Positions 22,280-35,380 of a stretch of 64,000 nt of DNA are shown here, one piece after another. Made by a program: the position numbers and the translations under genes. Below the pieces are notes generated by a model, which saw only the letters and a list, made by a program, of their open reading frames with translations, did not search any database and had not been told where the DNA came from. The stretch's first letter is position 1. The number at the start of each line of letters is the position of its first letter. This DNA comes from Prorocentrum cordatum (taxonomy: Eukaryota): positions 558,001 through 622,000 of the forward strand of contig CAUYUJ010000292.1 of assembly GCA_963575745.1 (NCBI GenBank), given 5' to 3'.

Positions 22280-22870
22280 CGCTTTCGGTGGAACTCCCTT
22301 TATGGGGCTACGAAACGTATGGGGGGTCTGGCAACCTGGGTGGGGAATCGTATACGAACTGCGCCACGGAGGCACTCGGTGGAGCTCCGTATGGGACCAC
22401 GACACGTGTAAGGGGTGTGCCGAAACGAATGGGGAACCCGATGTGAATTGCGCCACGGAAGCACTCGGTGGAACTCCCGATGGGGCCACGACACGTGTAA
22501 CTGATGCGCCGAAACTAATGGAGAACCGCATGCGAACTGCGCCATGGAGGCACTCGGTGGAGCTCCCCATGGGGCCACGAAGCGTGTGAATAATGCGCCG
22601 AAGCGAATGGGGAACCGCATGCGACTTGTGCCACGGAAGCAGCCGGTGGAGCCCCCAATCCCAATGGGGCCACGAAGCGTGTGAGGGGTGTGCCGAAGAC
22701 AAGCGTAACGCCCACATGCGAACTGCGCCACGGGAGCCTTCGATGGAACTCCCTATGGGGCCACGGCACGTGCAAGGGGTGTGCCAAAACGGGCGTGGCG
22801 CCCACATGAGAACCTGCGCCACAGCGGCGCTCGGTAGGCTTCTTGTGGGGCCACGAAACGTGTACGGGCA
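22280..22870. repeat. ~89-bp tandem repeat, ~7 copies
   Basis: GAACTGCGCCACGGAGGCACTCGGTGGARCTCCC.ATGGGGCCACGA..CGTGT.AGGGGTGTGCCGAA recurs. Confidence 0.85.
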
Positions 22871-23801
22871 AGCTGGCGGTTTCGGGGATCATCCTGGAGC
22901 GGAAGGCGCGACATGTTACTTCGAGTTCCCCCTCGTGGGGCCCTCTTGGGTCGTCTTGGGCCGTCATGGGGCCCTCTTGGGGCCTATTGGGCTGTCTGGG
23001 AGCTCTCTGGGGGGTCTTTTGGGCCATCTTGGCGCGATCTTGGGAGCCCCGAGGCTGGCTTGGTGCGCGAAGACACAAAAGGCGAGACGGCTCAAACTCT
23101 GCAAGAACCAATGGGAAACCATCGATTTTGGCCTCTCGGGGCCCTCCTTGGGCCTTGGGGGCCTCTTGGGGTCCACTTGGGCGGTCATCTGGCACCGCGG
23201 GGCCTTCTGGGGCGTCGGGGGGGCCTCTTGGGGGCCAGCTGGCGGTTTATGGGGTCAACCTGGAGCGGAGGGCGCGAAATGTTACTTCGAGTTCCCCCTC
23301 GCGGGGCTTTTTGAGGGTCATCTTGGGGCCCTCTTGGGGCCCACTTGGGCTGTCCGTGAGCTCTCTGCGGGGCCTCTGGGGCCATCTTGGCGCGATCTTG
23401 GGTGCCCTGGGGCAGGCTCGGAGCGTCGTGACTCCGAAACGGCGAGAACTCCGAAATCCTTTTCAAACACCCATGGGAAACCAATGATCTTGGCCTCTCG
23501 GGGCCCTTTCCGTGGGAGTTGTCGGGCCCTCTTGGGCCGTCTCCCGGCATGGGCGTTGCTTTCGGGCTCTGAGGCGGGCAAAACGACAATTGTTGTATTC
23601 GGCGTTTCGCCATTGGGCGGGGAAGGGGGGGGGACTGGCCCTGGACGTCTGCTTGGCGCGACTGTTTGGAACCGTGCGTCCTATGAGGGAGACCCCACCT
23701 GCTCGAAACATGCGCCAAACACAAGCAAGATCTACTCAAGGTGCAGGGGGGGCTTGAGGGCCCGCGCCGATCGGCAAGACAATGACGCTACCGAGGGACC
23801 C

Positions 23802-24507
<706 letters not shown>

Positions 24508-24697
24508 TCACGTGTCTTGCGTCAGGGTAGCTGACGTGGAGCTTTCGCTCCTGCTGCTCGTGGTCGCTGCTTCGCCGACATCGACGGCGGCGCGGTTCAA
24601 GCCTTGGGGGGGCCTGGCGTGCCGTGCCGGCAGAAACGGTCACGACGCCGCAGGGAAACGGAGTTCTTCGAGCGTCGCTCAGAGCCCTGAATCATCA

Positions 24698-24889
24698 GGG
24701 GTAACTCGGGTCAGGGTTAACTCGGGTTCGTTTTTCGGGAATCCGAACCCGAGTTACCCCAGACCCGAGTTACCCCGGGTAGTTCGGGCGTCCAGAGCCC
24801 CACATCATCAGGGGTAACTCGGGTCAGGGCTAACTCGGGTTCCTTTTTCGGGAATCCGAACCCGAGTTACCCCGGACCCGAGTTACCCC
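24698..24889. repeat. Two tandem ~79-bp foldback palindromes (24698-24776, 24811-24889)
   Basis: GGGGTAACTCGGGTC-AGGG.TAACTCGGGTTC...GAACCCGAGTTACCCC-.GACCCGAGTTACCCC; period 113 bp. Confidence 0.9.
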
Positions 24890-25696
24890 GGATAACTCGG
24901 GCGCCCAAGTCGCACAGGAAACGGTTCGCACGCCGCCGCTGCGACGGAAGCCTCCCGGGGCAGGCGCTGCTGCGGCCGCCCCAACAATGCGGCTCGGGGA
25001 TCTGCGCGCGAGGCGGAGCTCGTCGACCGAAGGCCTCGGGCTGGCACGCCTCGCGAAGTGGCGGGGAGGAGCGGCGGGCGCGTTCGGCACAAGGCCCCCG
25101 CGAGCCCCCGCGGGGCGGCGGGTGCCGCGCCCCACTGCGCTCTCGTCGCAGCAGCTGCCAGCGAGGGCGCTCGCGTCGCAGCGCTGCTGTGGACTGAGCG
25201 AACGCGGGTGCAGCGGTTTCTTTGCGCCCGCGCTGGCTCGGGTCTTCGCTCTGGATTCCTTCTGATGATGCCTGGATCTCTTCGACCCATACTTGCATCA
25301 GTGTCTCCCGCGTGCGCCTGCTGTCCAGGGCCCGGACCAAGGTCTTCGGGTCGGGACTCGCAGGCCAATCCTGATCGGGTGACGCCGCTCTCTTCTTCGA
25401 CATCCGCTTGTAGGTACTCTTATTGACGGCATTCGCTCCATGTGTTCTTTTCCGCACAGAATGCTCGTCGCTTATGCGCTCAGCATGCTCGTGCACATGC
25501 GGCATCGGAGGGCGCGGTCGGCGTCTCTGAAGCTGGGTCGCGGGGCCCCCGGGGGAGACGGTGGCGGCAATGCCGCGATGGCGCAGGCGCCGTGGCCGAG
25601 GCAATTCACGCCCGACACGCCAGCGTGCAAAAAAAATAGCTTCCTCAAACTGCTTGAGCCGAGGCGTTCACCATTCAGCGTGCGGGACCACCTATC

Positions 25697-26095
25697 TGCG
25701 CACCCCCTGTGACATGGAGAAAGTGCCAAGCCTGCAACGCCACGCGACCCTGAGACGGATAGAGACCACGGTGAGGGACCACCACCTGCGCACCCTCTAG
25801 TGTGTCGAGAAGGTGCCACGCCTTCCACGCCTTGCAACCCGGAGACGGATAGAGACCACGGTGAGGGACCACCCCCTGCGCACCCCCTCTAGTGTCGAGA
25901 ACGTGCCACGCCTGCCACGCCCCGCGACCCTGGGACGGACAGAGACCGCGGTGAGGAACCCCCCCCCCCTGCGCACCCCCTCTGGTGTCGAGAAAGTGCC
26001 ACGCCTGCCACGCCTTCCGACCCTGGGACGGATAGAGACCGCGGTGAGGGACCACCCCTCTGCGCACCCCCTCTGGTGTCGAGACAGTGCCATGC
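25697..26095. repeat. ~90-bp tandem repeat, ~4 copies
   Basis: GCACCCCCTCTRGTGTCGAGAA.GTGCCACGCCTGCCACGCC...GACCCTGGGACGGATAGAGACCRCGGTGAGGGACCACC recurs. Confidence 0.88.
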
Positions 26096-26460
26096 CTGCC
26101 TGTGTGTGCATGCGTGCGGCTGTATGAGGACGCGTGCCTCATGTACGTGCCGTGCATGTGTTGCGCGTGGGTGGGGTGAGAGAGGCAGAAGGGGTGAGGA
26201 GGAGGAGGAGGGAAGAGGGAGGTGTGTGGGAGGAGACGCGGGCGCGACGCGGGTGGGAAGAAAACCAGAACCCCACGAAACATGTGGGGAAGTAATTTAA
26301 GGAAAAACGCCCAAAAACATCGATCTGGGGTCCGGGGTTCGATTCCTCAGGGATTCCGTCGATCTTGAGGGGGCGTTCGGTTAGAGGCTGCAGGAGTCGA
26401 TGTCTGCTCCTTGTTCATTTACATGTTCTGCTTGCGAACAGTTTGCCAGTTCGTGGTTTT

Positions 26461-26497
<37 letters not shown>

Positions 26498-27424
26498 GGC
26501 TGTATTGCTTGCTTGCTGGCTGCTTTTTACTGGCTGTCTGCTTGCTTGCTTGCTTACTTGCTTGCTTGTTGCTTGTTTGCTGCTGGTGATTGCTGCTGCT
26601 TATTTCGGAAGCTGTAATCGGGTCTCCTAGGCTGAATCTAAGCTTTCTCATGTCTTCTTCGACGCTTCTTGGGCTACCTTGAACCCGGCTGGGCCTGCGG
26701 GGGGTGAAGGCGCCACCCAGAAATTCGGCACCTAGGCACTTCTTTTTGGTCATCCCTCCGTTGGAGCGGCTCCGGTCTGACTGGGCGACTCGTCGGGGAA
26801 GCCCCCAACGCTCCAGAACCGCTGGCCACTGGGGGGCATGCTCCGCGAAGCCTGCGCAGCCCGCGCGCATCCTCCGACCTCCTCGGGCGGCCGCAGCCAC
26901 AATGGAAGAACATCGTTCAACATGAGGCGCGCGTGCGTTTCTTCACTTCCAGCCTTGGCCCTGATGCTGCCCCAAAAAGCAGCACAAGACCGCCCCAGGC
27001 CGGCCCAAGGCGCTCCCATCCCCGCGGCCTGCGCGGTCCCAGGGCCCTCGAAGGGATCCTCCCTCGGACGCCTGGGCTTCTCGGGGCCTGATATTTGGGT
27101 CTCTCAAGTCTCCTGGGGCTGCCGGGGGGTCTATTGGGGGCCTGCTGGCGGTCTCGGGGGTCATCTTGGGACGGAGGGCGCGGAATGCGAGGTCGCGTTT
27201 CCCCTTCCTGGGGCCCTCTACGGGGGCCGCTTGGGCGATCTTGGGGAACCCTGGGCCGTCTGGGGGCTCTGTTGGAAGCATCTTGGGTGTGTTGGGGCGC
27301 TCTTGGGGGCCTCTTGGGCCGTCTTGGGGCGTCGGAAGCCCAGAAACGCGAGAACTCCCAAACCCGTGAAAAAGGAGCACCGCGATGTTGGTTTAACTAT
27401 CTCCCTATATATGTGTATATGTAT

Positions 27425-27478
<54 letters not shown>

Positions 27479-27498
27479 AGATGTGTACACTTATTTGT

Positions 27499-27539
<41 letters not shown>

Positions 27540-28384
27540 TCCTAACGCGTGCACTTGCACCTGGTGGTTCTCTCGTAGGTGGTCCTGATCGTCACCATCG
27601 TTCGATGTAGGTGTGTGTTGTGCGTCACTGATGATGTTTGTTGGTTGGTGGTACGTCGTAGGTGATTATTGTTCGTACTAGGTTGTGTTAGGTGGTAGCT
27701 GTAGTTCGTTGTAGTGCGTGGTTCGTGTTCGTCCTATCACCAGTGGTACAAAGTGATCATCTCGTTTCCGAGGCGTTGTGGTTGGTTACTAAATTGTTGC
27801 GGCTGGGCAATTGGACAAGGTCGTAGGTGGTAGTGCGTCGTACATGCTGGATGGCCTACTGGAGGGAGGGAACCGTGACTGTAGCTCCTGGTGATATACA
27901 GATTAGCATGGGGACCACTACCAAAAAGCACTGTGCTTTTTGGTGCTGTTTTCTACATGGTTCTTGCAGTTTCTTCATACATGCGAACATCGCAATTCAG
28001 TGATTCCTGCACCTCTATGGGCCTCTCGTTCGAGACATCCTCACATGACATGGAGTAGGATAAGCAACGCGCGGCACACTTGCTGCAAGCACTGTTTGGG
28101 AACAACCTGGATTCAGAGGGGAACTTGCGGGACCCTTCCCACCCCCTCCCCTCTGTCCCTCTCCCTCTCCCTACTACTACCTACTACTACCTACTACTAC
28201 CTACTACTACCTACTACTACCTACTACTACCTACTACTACCTACTACTACAGAGGCAAAGCAGGCCTTGGCAGAAAAGCAGAGCATGGCCAAAGCGTGGA
28301 AGGCGCTCGTCAAGTGGCCTTCGTCGCCGCGGACGGACGAGGCTCGACCAACTAGACACAGGGGTATCTCCCATCGGGCAGCCC

Positions 28385-29115
28385 GTGGCCGAGCGGCCCC
28401 GCGGGTCAGCCGTGCCGCGAGCGGTGGTGTACTTCGTGCCCGTCAAAAAGGTTGCGCCCAATGCCGTGTGCCCGGTAGTGCGAGGAGTAAAACAGTTCAG
28501 GCCAGCTCTCTTGACCCTCCACCCCCCTGCCTTCGTCGGAAGGAGAGATGGGGGAGAGGGGAGGGAGGGGGTGGGACAGAGGAGGGAGGAGGAGGAGGAG
28601 GAGGACGACGACGAGGAGGACGAGGAGGAGGAGGAAAAGAAGGAGGAGGAGGAGGAGACGGGGCGATGAAGGCAGGGAGGGTGGAGGGCCAAGGGAGCTG
28701 ACCTGTAGTGATTTCCTCCTCCCAGGTAGAGTGCTGCGAGGACGTCTTGGCGTCGGGCGGCCTTGACCACGTCGCGAACAAGTCGGTGCTGGTCTCTGAC
28801 GGTGCTCGTTTGTACGCCCGCCTGGCTCGTGAGCATGGCCTACGCCATCGATTCTGTGTGCATTCAAAGGGGGTATGGAATGAGAGGGCGCGTGTGCGCG
28901 GGTATGGCACACTCGATGTGAACACAGGTCTGGTCGATGAGCGGTGGTCTCGCATCAAGGAGTGGATTCCGAAGGGAATCTGGGGGAGTGACGGCGAGGG
29001 CAACCTGAACGTGGAGCTCTGGAGCTACGTCTACCAGTGGTGGTTTCGATGCCATCATCCTTTGAAAACGGACAGGCAGGCGCGCTTGGCCGAGTACTGG
29101 GGGCGTGAGGCTTAG
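28385..29115 (+). pseudogene. C-terminal part of an IS1595/ISXO2 (Merlin)-like DDE transposase, with putative GT-AG intron 28475-28725
   Basis: Spliced ...VVYFVPVKKVAPNAVCP|VECCEDV...VLVSDGARLY..LA..HGLRH...VHSKG.W.....NTGLVDERWSRIK.....LWSYVYQWWFR resembles the family pattern SD-W/Y..H..VNHS..HTN.IE..WS..K..YL.EF.WR; N-terminal half not recognisable. Confidence 0.7.
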
Positions 29116-29229
29116 GGCACCTAGGCCTTGCGAGCAAAAAGAGCAAAGCGCTCTGGCGCCGACAGGGGAGGAGGAGGAGGAGGAAGAGGAGGAGGAGGAG
29201 GAGGAGAAGAAATACGAAGACGCACGTGT

Positions 29230-30232
<1,003 letters not shown>

Positions 30233-31126
30233 CGTAGGGAGGAGGAGGTGGAGGGAGGACGTACACTTCTGTCACATATATTTACATACACACATATATC
30301 ATACATACAGATGCGCACACACATACGTACACATATGTGCACATACATGCACACACGCTTACACAGATGTACACATACACAGGTCGTACATATCTCCACA
30401 TGACGCACTTACACATATGTACACATAGACACATACATACACATATACATATACACATATGTATACACATACACAGACTGACACGTACAAACAAACATAT
30501 ACGTACACATACTACACATATCATACATCTTGCACCAGGTGCAAGTGCACCCGCAGGGACATATATATACATATATATATATATGTATATTCTCACAATA
30601 AGATGACACGTTCTTATAATACAAGACCGGTCTTGGCCTCTCGGGGCCCTCGTGGTGGGGGGGGCCTCTTGGAGCTCTCTGCTGGGCCGTCTGGGGGCTC
30701 TGCCGGGCTGCCCGGAGATGCCATGCTGGCGATCTCTTGGGCCGGCAGCAACTCTTGACTCTCTTGCACAGCTGTGCTCTAGAGCTCGGGCCTCTTCATT
30801 TTCGTCGTCGCTCGTTCGTCGTTCGTTCGTTCGTCGCTCGTCCTCCCCTCCCGGGCCACCGGAAGGAACGCCTGGAGGAAGGAGGCGAAAGCCTCCTGTC
30901 CCTCGCAGCTCCTCGGTGCAAGAGCCAAGGCACGCGTGCTACCTTTCGTATTGAGCCGCGCGCAATTCTTGATCTGCCAGTGCGCCGTTTGGGCGCCAGG
31001 CTTGACTGACTCTGGCCGTCTGAGGGTGTCTCGTGGCCATCTGAAAATCGTCTGGGAGCCCGGCGGGGCCGATCTGGGCCACTTGGCGCAGCCACCCTTC
31101 TGGCACGAGCCGCTCCCGACCATATA

Positions 31127-31275
31127 CAGTCAACCCGTATCATAAGGATGCGCGGTAAGAATGCAAGGGCCTTGGAGGCCCACGTTAACGTTTTTCGAAC
31201 AAGGATGGGTCGAAGGGGCAAGGATGCACGGGTAGCCTTGGGAAGGTGACCCATCCTTACTATGCGGGTTGCCTG
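31127..31275. mobile_element. Tc1/mariner-type MITE with TA TSD
   Basis: TA|CAGTCAACCCGTATCATAAGGATG ... CATCCTTACTATGCGGGTTGCCTG|TA; related copies at 53972-54144 and ~58085-58250. Confidence 0.85.
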
Positions 31276-31284
31276 TAGTATAGA

Positions 31285-31389
31285 TGACGTCGGGCTCCAG
31301 CTTCGCTTCCCAAATCTCGCTCAGTAACCCCACAGCCCACTGCCACTGATCGCCTTTTTCGCACGCGCTGATCGCAACATTGTAGCTGA
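31285..31389 (-). CDS. PPR block, 1 motif (exactly 105 nt)
   Basis: SYNVAISACEKGDQWQWAVGLLSEIWEAKLEPDV. Confidence 0.75.
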
Positions 31390-32801
31390 CTGGGGCTGAC
31401 CCGTGGACAACCGGCCACGAATGCCAGTTGTCAGAGTGCCCTTGCTGCTGCTCACTGCGTCAGCAGGTTGCGCTGCTTGCTTGATGATTCTGAGGGCGTC
31501 CAGAGCAGCGCCAGCAGCGTCAGCGGAAGCAGATCCAGGCGCACGGGCAGTAGCAACGGCAGTAGCAACAGCAGCAGCTCCTCCTCCTCCTCCTCCTGCT
31601 CCTGCTCCTGTTCCTGCTCCTCCTCCTCCTCCTCCTCCTCCTCCTCCTCCTCCACCCTTTCTTCCTCCTCGTGCTTGGCTCGTCCTCTGCCTCCTCCTCT
31701 TCCTCCTCCTCCTCCCTCTCCTCATCCTCCTCACCGTCGTGCTTGGCCCGTCCTCGTCCTTCGGCTCCTGCTGCTCCTCCTTCTCCTCTTCCTTCTCCTC
31801 TTCCCTCTCGTCATCCTCTCCCCCCTCCAGGAAATCGTGCTGTTCCGACTCCGCGGGCAGGAACGGAGGAGAGCGACGACGGGGAGGAGAAGGAGGAGGC
31901 CAAAGATGATTGGAAGAAGCCGCACCCCACACCTCTTGTGACACGCTCGGTGGGGGAGGGGTCGCAGAAACAGCGTTCCTGGGTAGCCGCAGCTGGATAT
32001 GACAGCTATTTTCTGCAACCCTTCCAGCGCGAGAGTTGTCCCAAGAGGTGTGGGGCATGGCCTTTTCGCATGAGCTGGCAATTTCTGGGAGCCTATCAGA
32101 ACAGTTCGGTGGGAGCTGCTGGAGGCCTTCGAAGAGCCCGTGGGATATCATTTGTTCTAATGAGCTGGGGCCTTCTGGGAGCATGTCAGAGCCGTTTCGA
32201 CGGAGCTGCTGGCAGCTCTCCAGGGGCCTCGTGGAGCGTCCTGGAGGCCGTCTGGGAGCCTCTGGGGGGGCTCCTTGGGGGGCATGCTGGCAATGGGGTG
32301 GGCGGGAGGGGGGGGGGGCGGTGCGCTCCAGAATTGGCCCGGTTGGGCCTCCCTTGGGGCCGTCTTGGGAGACTGTTCAGCCGTATGGGGGAGTCTCCGG
32401 AGCCGTCTTGAGGATCTTTGGGGCGGTCGCAGGGGCTCTCCTGGGAGCTCCCTGGGTGCCCTCTGGACGATTTGGGGGACTTCTCGGGGTCGGTTGGGCG
32501 TCTTTTGGCCGCAAAAGCGATCGTAAGAGCAAGTATATCAACAACACCTAGAAAACATGTCAATCGTTTTACGTCCTCGTGGCCCTCGGAGGCCAGCTGG
32601 GAGCCTGCCAGAGCCTGGTGGGGGCTTTCTCGCGCCGCCTGGGAGCCCTCTTGCAGTGCAGAGGAGCGCTCTGGGGGCATTCCGGGGCACTCGCGGGGCT
32701 CTCCTGGGCCATGACGGCGTCGCAACGACCGAGGCCGCGGTGGCGCCGCCGCCGACGCGGGCCTGGCGGGCGCAATCAATGTGTCCTTCCGGTAGTATAG
32801 A
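31390..32801 (-). mobile_element. Non-autonomous Helitron-like element G (B family)
   Basis: T|TCTATACTAC... to CGTGGCC-GGTT-GTCCACG, GGTCAGCC, CCAG|T; body collinear with B/C but diverged. Confidence 0.8.
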
Positions 32802-33011
32802 AGACGTCGGGTTCCAACTGCGCGTTCCGCGTCTCGCTAAGCAGCGCCAACGCCCGCTGCCACTGTCCGCCTCTCTCGCACGCGCTGATCGCAGCGGTGT
32901 AGCTAACGACGTTGGGTCCCACCTTCGCCTCCCACATATCGCTCAGCAGCGCAAGAGTCCACTGCCACTGCTCGTCCTTCGAACACGCGCTGATCCCACC
33001 GCAGTAGCTGA
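32802..33011 (-). CDS. PPR block, 2 motifs (exactly 210 nt)
   Basis: SYCGGISACSKDEQWQWTLALLSDMWEAKVGPNVVSYTAAISACERGGQWQRALALLSETRNAQLEPDV. Confidence 0.8.
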
Positions 33012-35275
33012 CTAGGGCTGACCCGTGGACTACTCCGACGAAATCAGCACGAACTGTCATGTGGTGGTGGACATGTTGCCGAAAGCCAAGAAGATACCGC
33101 GTGTGGCTCGCATTTCGCTCTCCGCGAATGCCACTGCGTGCTGCTACTCGCTACCGCTGCTGCAGAGATTTGCTGATGGCGGTTCCGCTTAGTACGTGCT
33201 GCTGCCCGTTGCTTGCAGCTGCTGTGTGCTGTGGATGTGCGCTCCCGCCGCGGCTGCCCGCTTCGCGCTGCTGCCGCTCGCTGCTGCTGCCTGTATGCTG
33301 CAGGGCGATGCGTCTCGTTACTTCAGCGTCCTGACCCAACCTGCTGCCAAGAGGGGATCGAACAAGCGAGAAGCGATGGGCGATCAACGAAGGGTGAGAA
33401 GGGACGATAATTGTGGGAGAGGATTTGGGTGACCCAAAGAGGGGTCCAGCTGAAAAGGGGTGGTGCAATAGGTTTGGGGCAATTGTATTGCAAATGTATT
33501 GCGCCGGAAAATTGTATTGCATTGTATTGCAAGTCATGTGTTGCACGCGAATATGCAGCAATACATTCGCGCCACGGAATGTATTGCACGCACGGAATGT
33601 ATTGCAACCCCACAAACCTATTGCACCAAATCTATGGCACCACCCCCTTGTCGCTGGACCCCCTCTTGGGTCAACCCGATGAGGAGCGTCGACCTCGCAG
33701 AGGTTCGTCGTCCTCGCGAACCTCTGGGGGCTGTTTCCGGGCTCCGGGGCCACCGAGCATCGATTCGGGGGCAGAGACCTGCGCGGACAGACCCCCCCAG
33801 GGTCCAGGGGGCAACGATTCTGCCGATCTGGACGGGGCGTTGGTCCTGAGGCTCGAGGAGTCGGTGGCGAGCGTTTTTTTTTATTCGGCGTTTCGACATT
33901 GGGCGGAAGGGGGGGGAGGGGAGGGGGGTCTGGCTCCGGACCTCTGCTTCGTGCGGCTATTTGCAAGAGTGCGTCCATTATGGGGGAGGCTCCACCTGCT
34001 CGAAACAGGCACCCAAAACTGACAAGATCTACTCCATGGGGGGGGGAGGGGGGGGGGCGAGGGCCCGCGCCGATCGGCAGAATAATACATAAAAAACGCT
34101 CACATGTCTGCTGATTATTTGCTTAGACTGCTTGATGCTAGCGCCGTCGCAAACAAGTTATCTGTTTGCGTAGGGCGGTGCTGGCTTTGCTGCTTTCTTG
34201 CTTGCCTGCTTGCTGGCGTGCTGCTACTGATTGCTGCTGCGTGCTTCGCTGATTCGCCGTAGTGAGGCTCTCCTGGGCTGCATCTAGACCTTCTCATGTC
34301 CTCTTTGAGGCTACCTCGGCCACCTTGGAGCCCGGATGGGCCTTCGGGGGATGAAGGGGGGCTGCGGGAGGGAGCGTCTTGGGCCGCCGCGGGACGATCT
34401 CGAGCCGCCTTGCGGCCAAGGCTGAAAATTGAGAAGCGCCCGTGCGCCTTGCTTTCAACGATGGTCCATCGTGGCTGCGGCCGTCCGAGGAGGTCGGAGC
34501 ATGCGCGCGGGCTGCGGGGGCCCGCGGGAAGGCACAGGGCGCTGCGGAGCAGGCCCCCGGTGGCCTGCGCTGCGGGAACTCTCTCCGGGGAAACCTCCCC
34601 GACGAGGCGTCCAGTCAGACCGGAGCCGCTCCAACGATGGCAGGAACGAAGGAAACGCCTGGGTGCCGAGTTTCTGGGTGGCCGGTGCGGCCCCAGAGCG
34701 CTCTGCGGAAGCTGCTGTCGAACACCTGTTGGAGGCGGTTGTGGGCTTGGAGGCGGATTTGGGGGCCGGCTTTGAGGCTTCTCTCGGGGTCCTGATCTGG
34801 ACCTGCTGGGGGCATGCTGAGGTTGTCTGGGAGGCCTCTCGGGGGCCTGCTGGCGGTCTCGGTGGTCATCTTGGGACGGGGGGTGCGGCATGTCAGGTCG
34901 AGTGCCCCTCTCCCCTTGGGCCCTCTGCCGTCTTTGGGGCTGCCTGGGCGGTCTTGGGACCCTCTTGGGAATTCTCGGGGGCCCTGCTGGGGGTCCGTTG
35001 GGCCACGTTGGGCAATCCCGGGGGCCCCTTGCGCCGTGCTGGAGCGTCGGAAGCCTGCAAAAGCGGGAACACCAAAATCAGCGAAACAACAAAGCGGAGA
35101 TCACTGATTTTTGGCCCCTCGGGATCCTCTCGAGGGGCCTCTTGGAGCCCCCTTGGGCCGCGTTGAGGCCATGCTGGGCCGTCCGAAAGCCGTATTCGCG
35201 ACCCGCCTGGCGCGATTGTGGCCACTTGGCGCTGCCACCCTTCTGGCACGCGCCGCCCTGGCCAGATGGGGTAAA
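33012..35275 (-). mobile_element. Non-autonomous Helitron-like element H (degenerate ends)
   Basis: 3' ...GTAGTCCACGGGTCAGCCCTAG|T with one hairpin arm damaged; 5' A|TTTAC followed by PPR-like sequence shared with the 5' end of F. Confidence 0.6.
33427..33677. mobile_element. MITE with ~45-bp imperfect TIRs
   Basis: GGGTGACCCAAAGAGGGGTCCAGC..AAAGGGGTGGTGCAATAG versus reverse complement of CTATGGCACCACCCCCTTGTCGCTGGACCCCCTCTTGGGTCAACCC. Confidence 0.8.
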
Positions 35276-35380
35276 TGACATCGGGCTCCACCTTCGCCTC
35301 CTGCATTTCGCTCAGCAGTGCCAGCGCCGGCTGCCACTGCTCGCCCCTTTCGCACGCGCTGATCCCAGCATTGTAGATGA
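35276..35380 (-). CDS. PPR block, 1 motif (exactly 105 nt)
   Basis: IYNAGISACERGEQWQPALALLSEMQEAKVEPDV. Confidence 0.75.

Noticed and set aside
31272..31284. In-frame GC donor (TCTATACTACAG|gc) that would splice out element F
   Set aside because: The CAG|GC is the terminus of a nested TA-flanked MITE and is absent from other copies.
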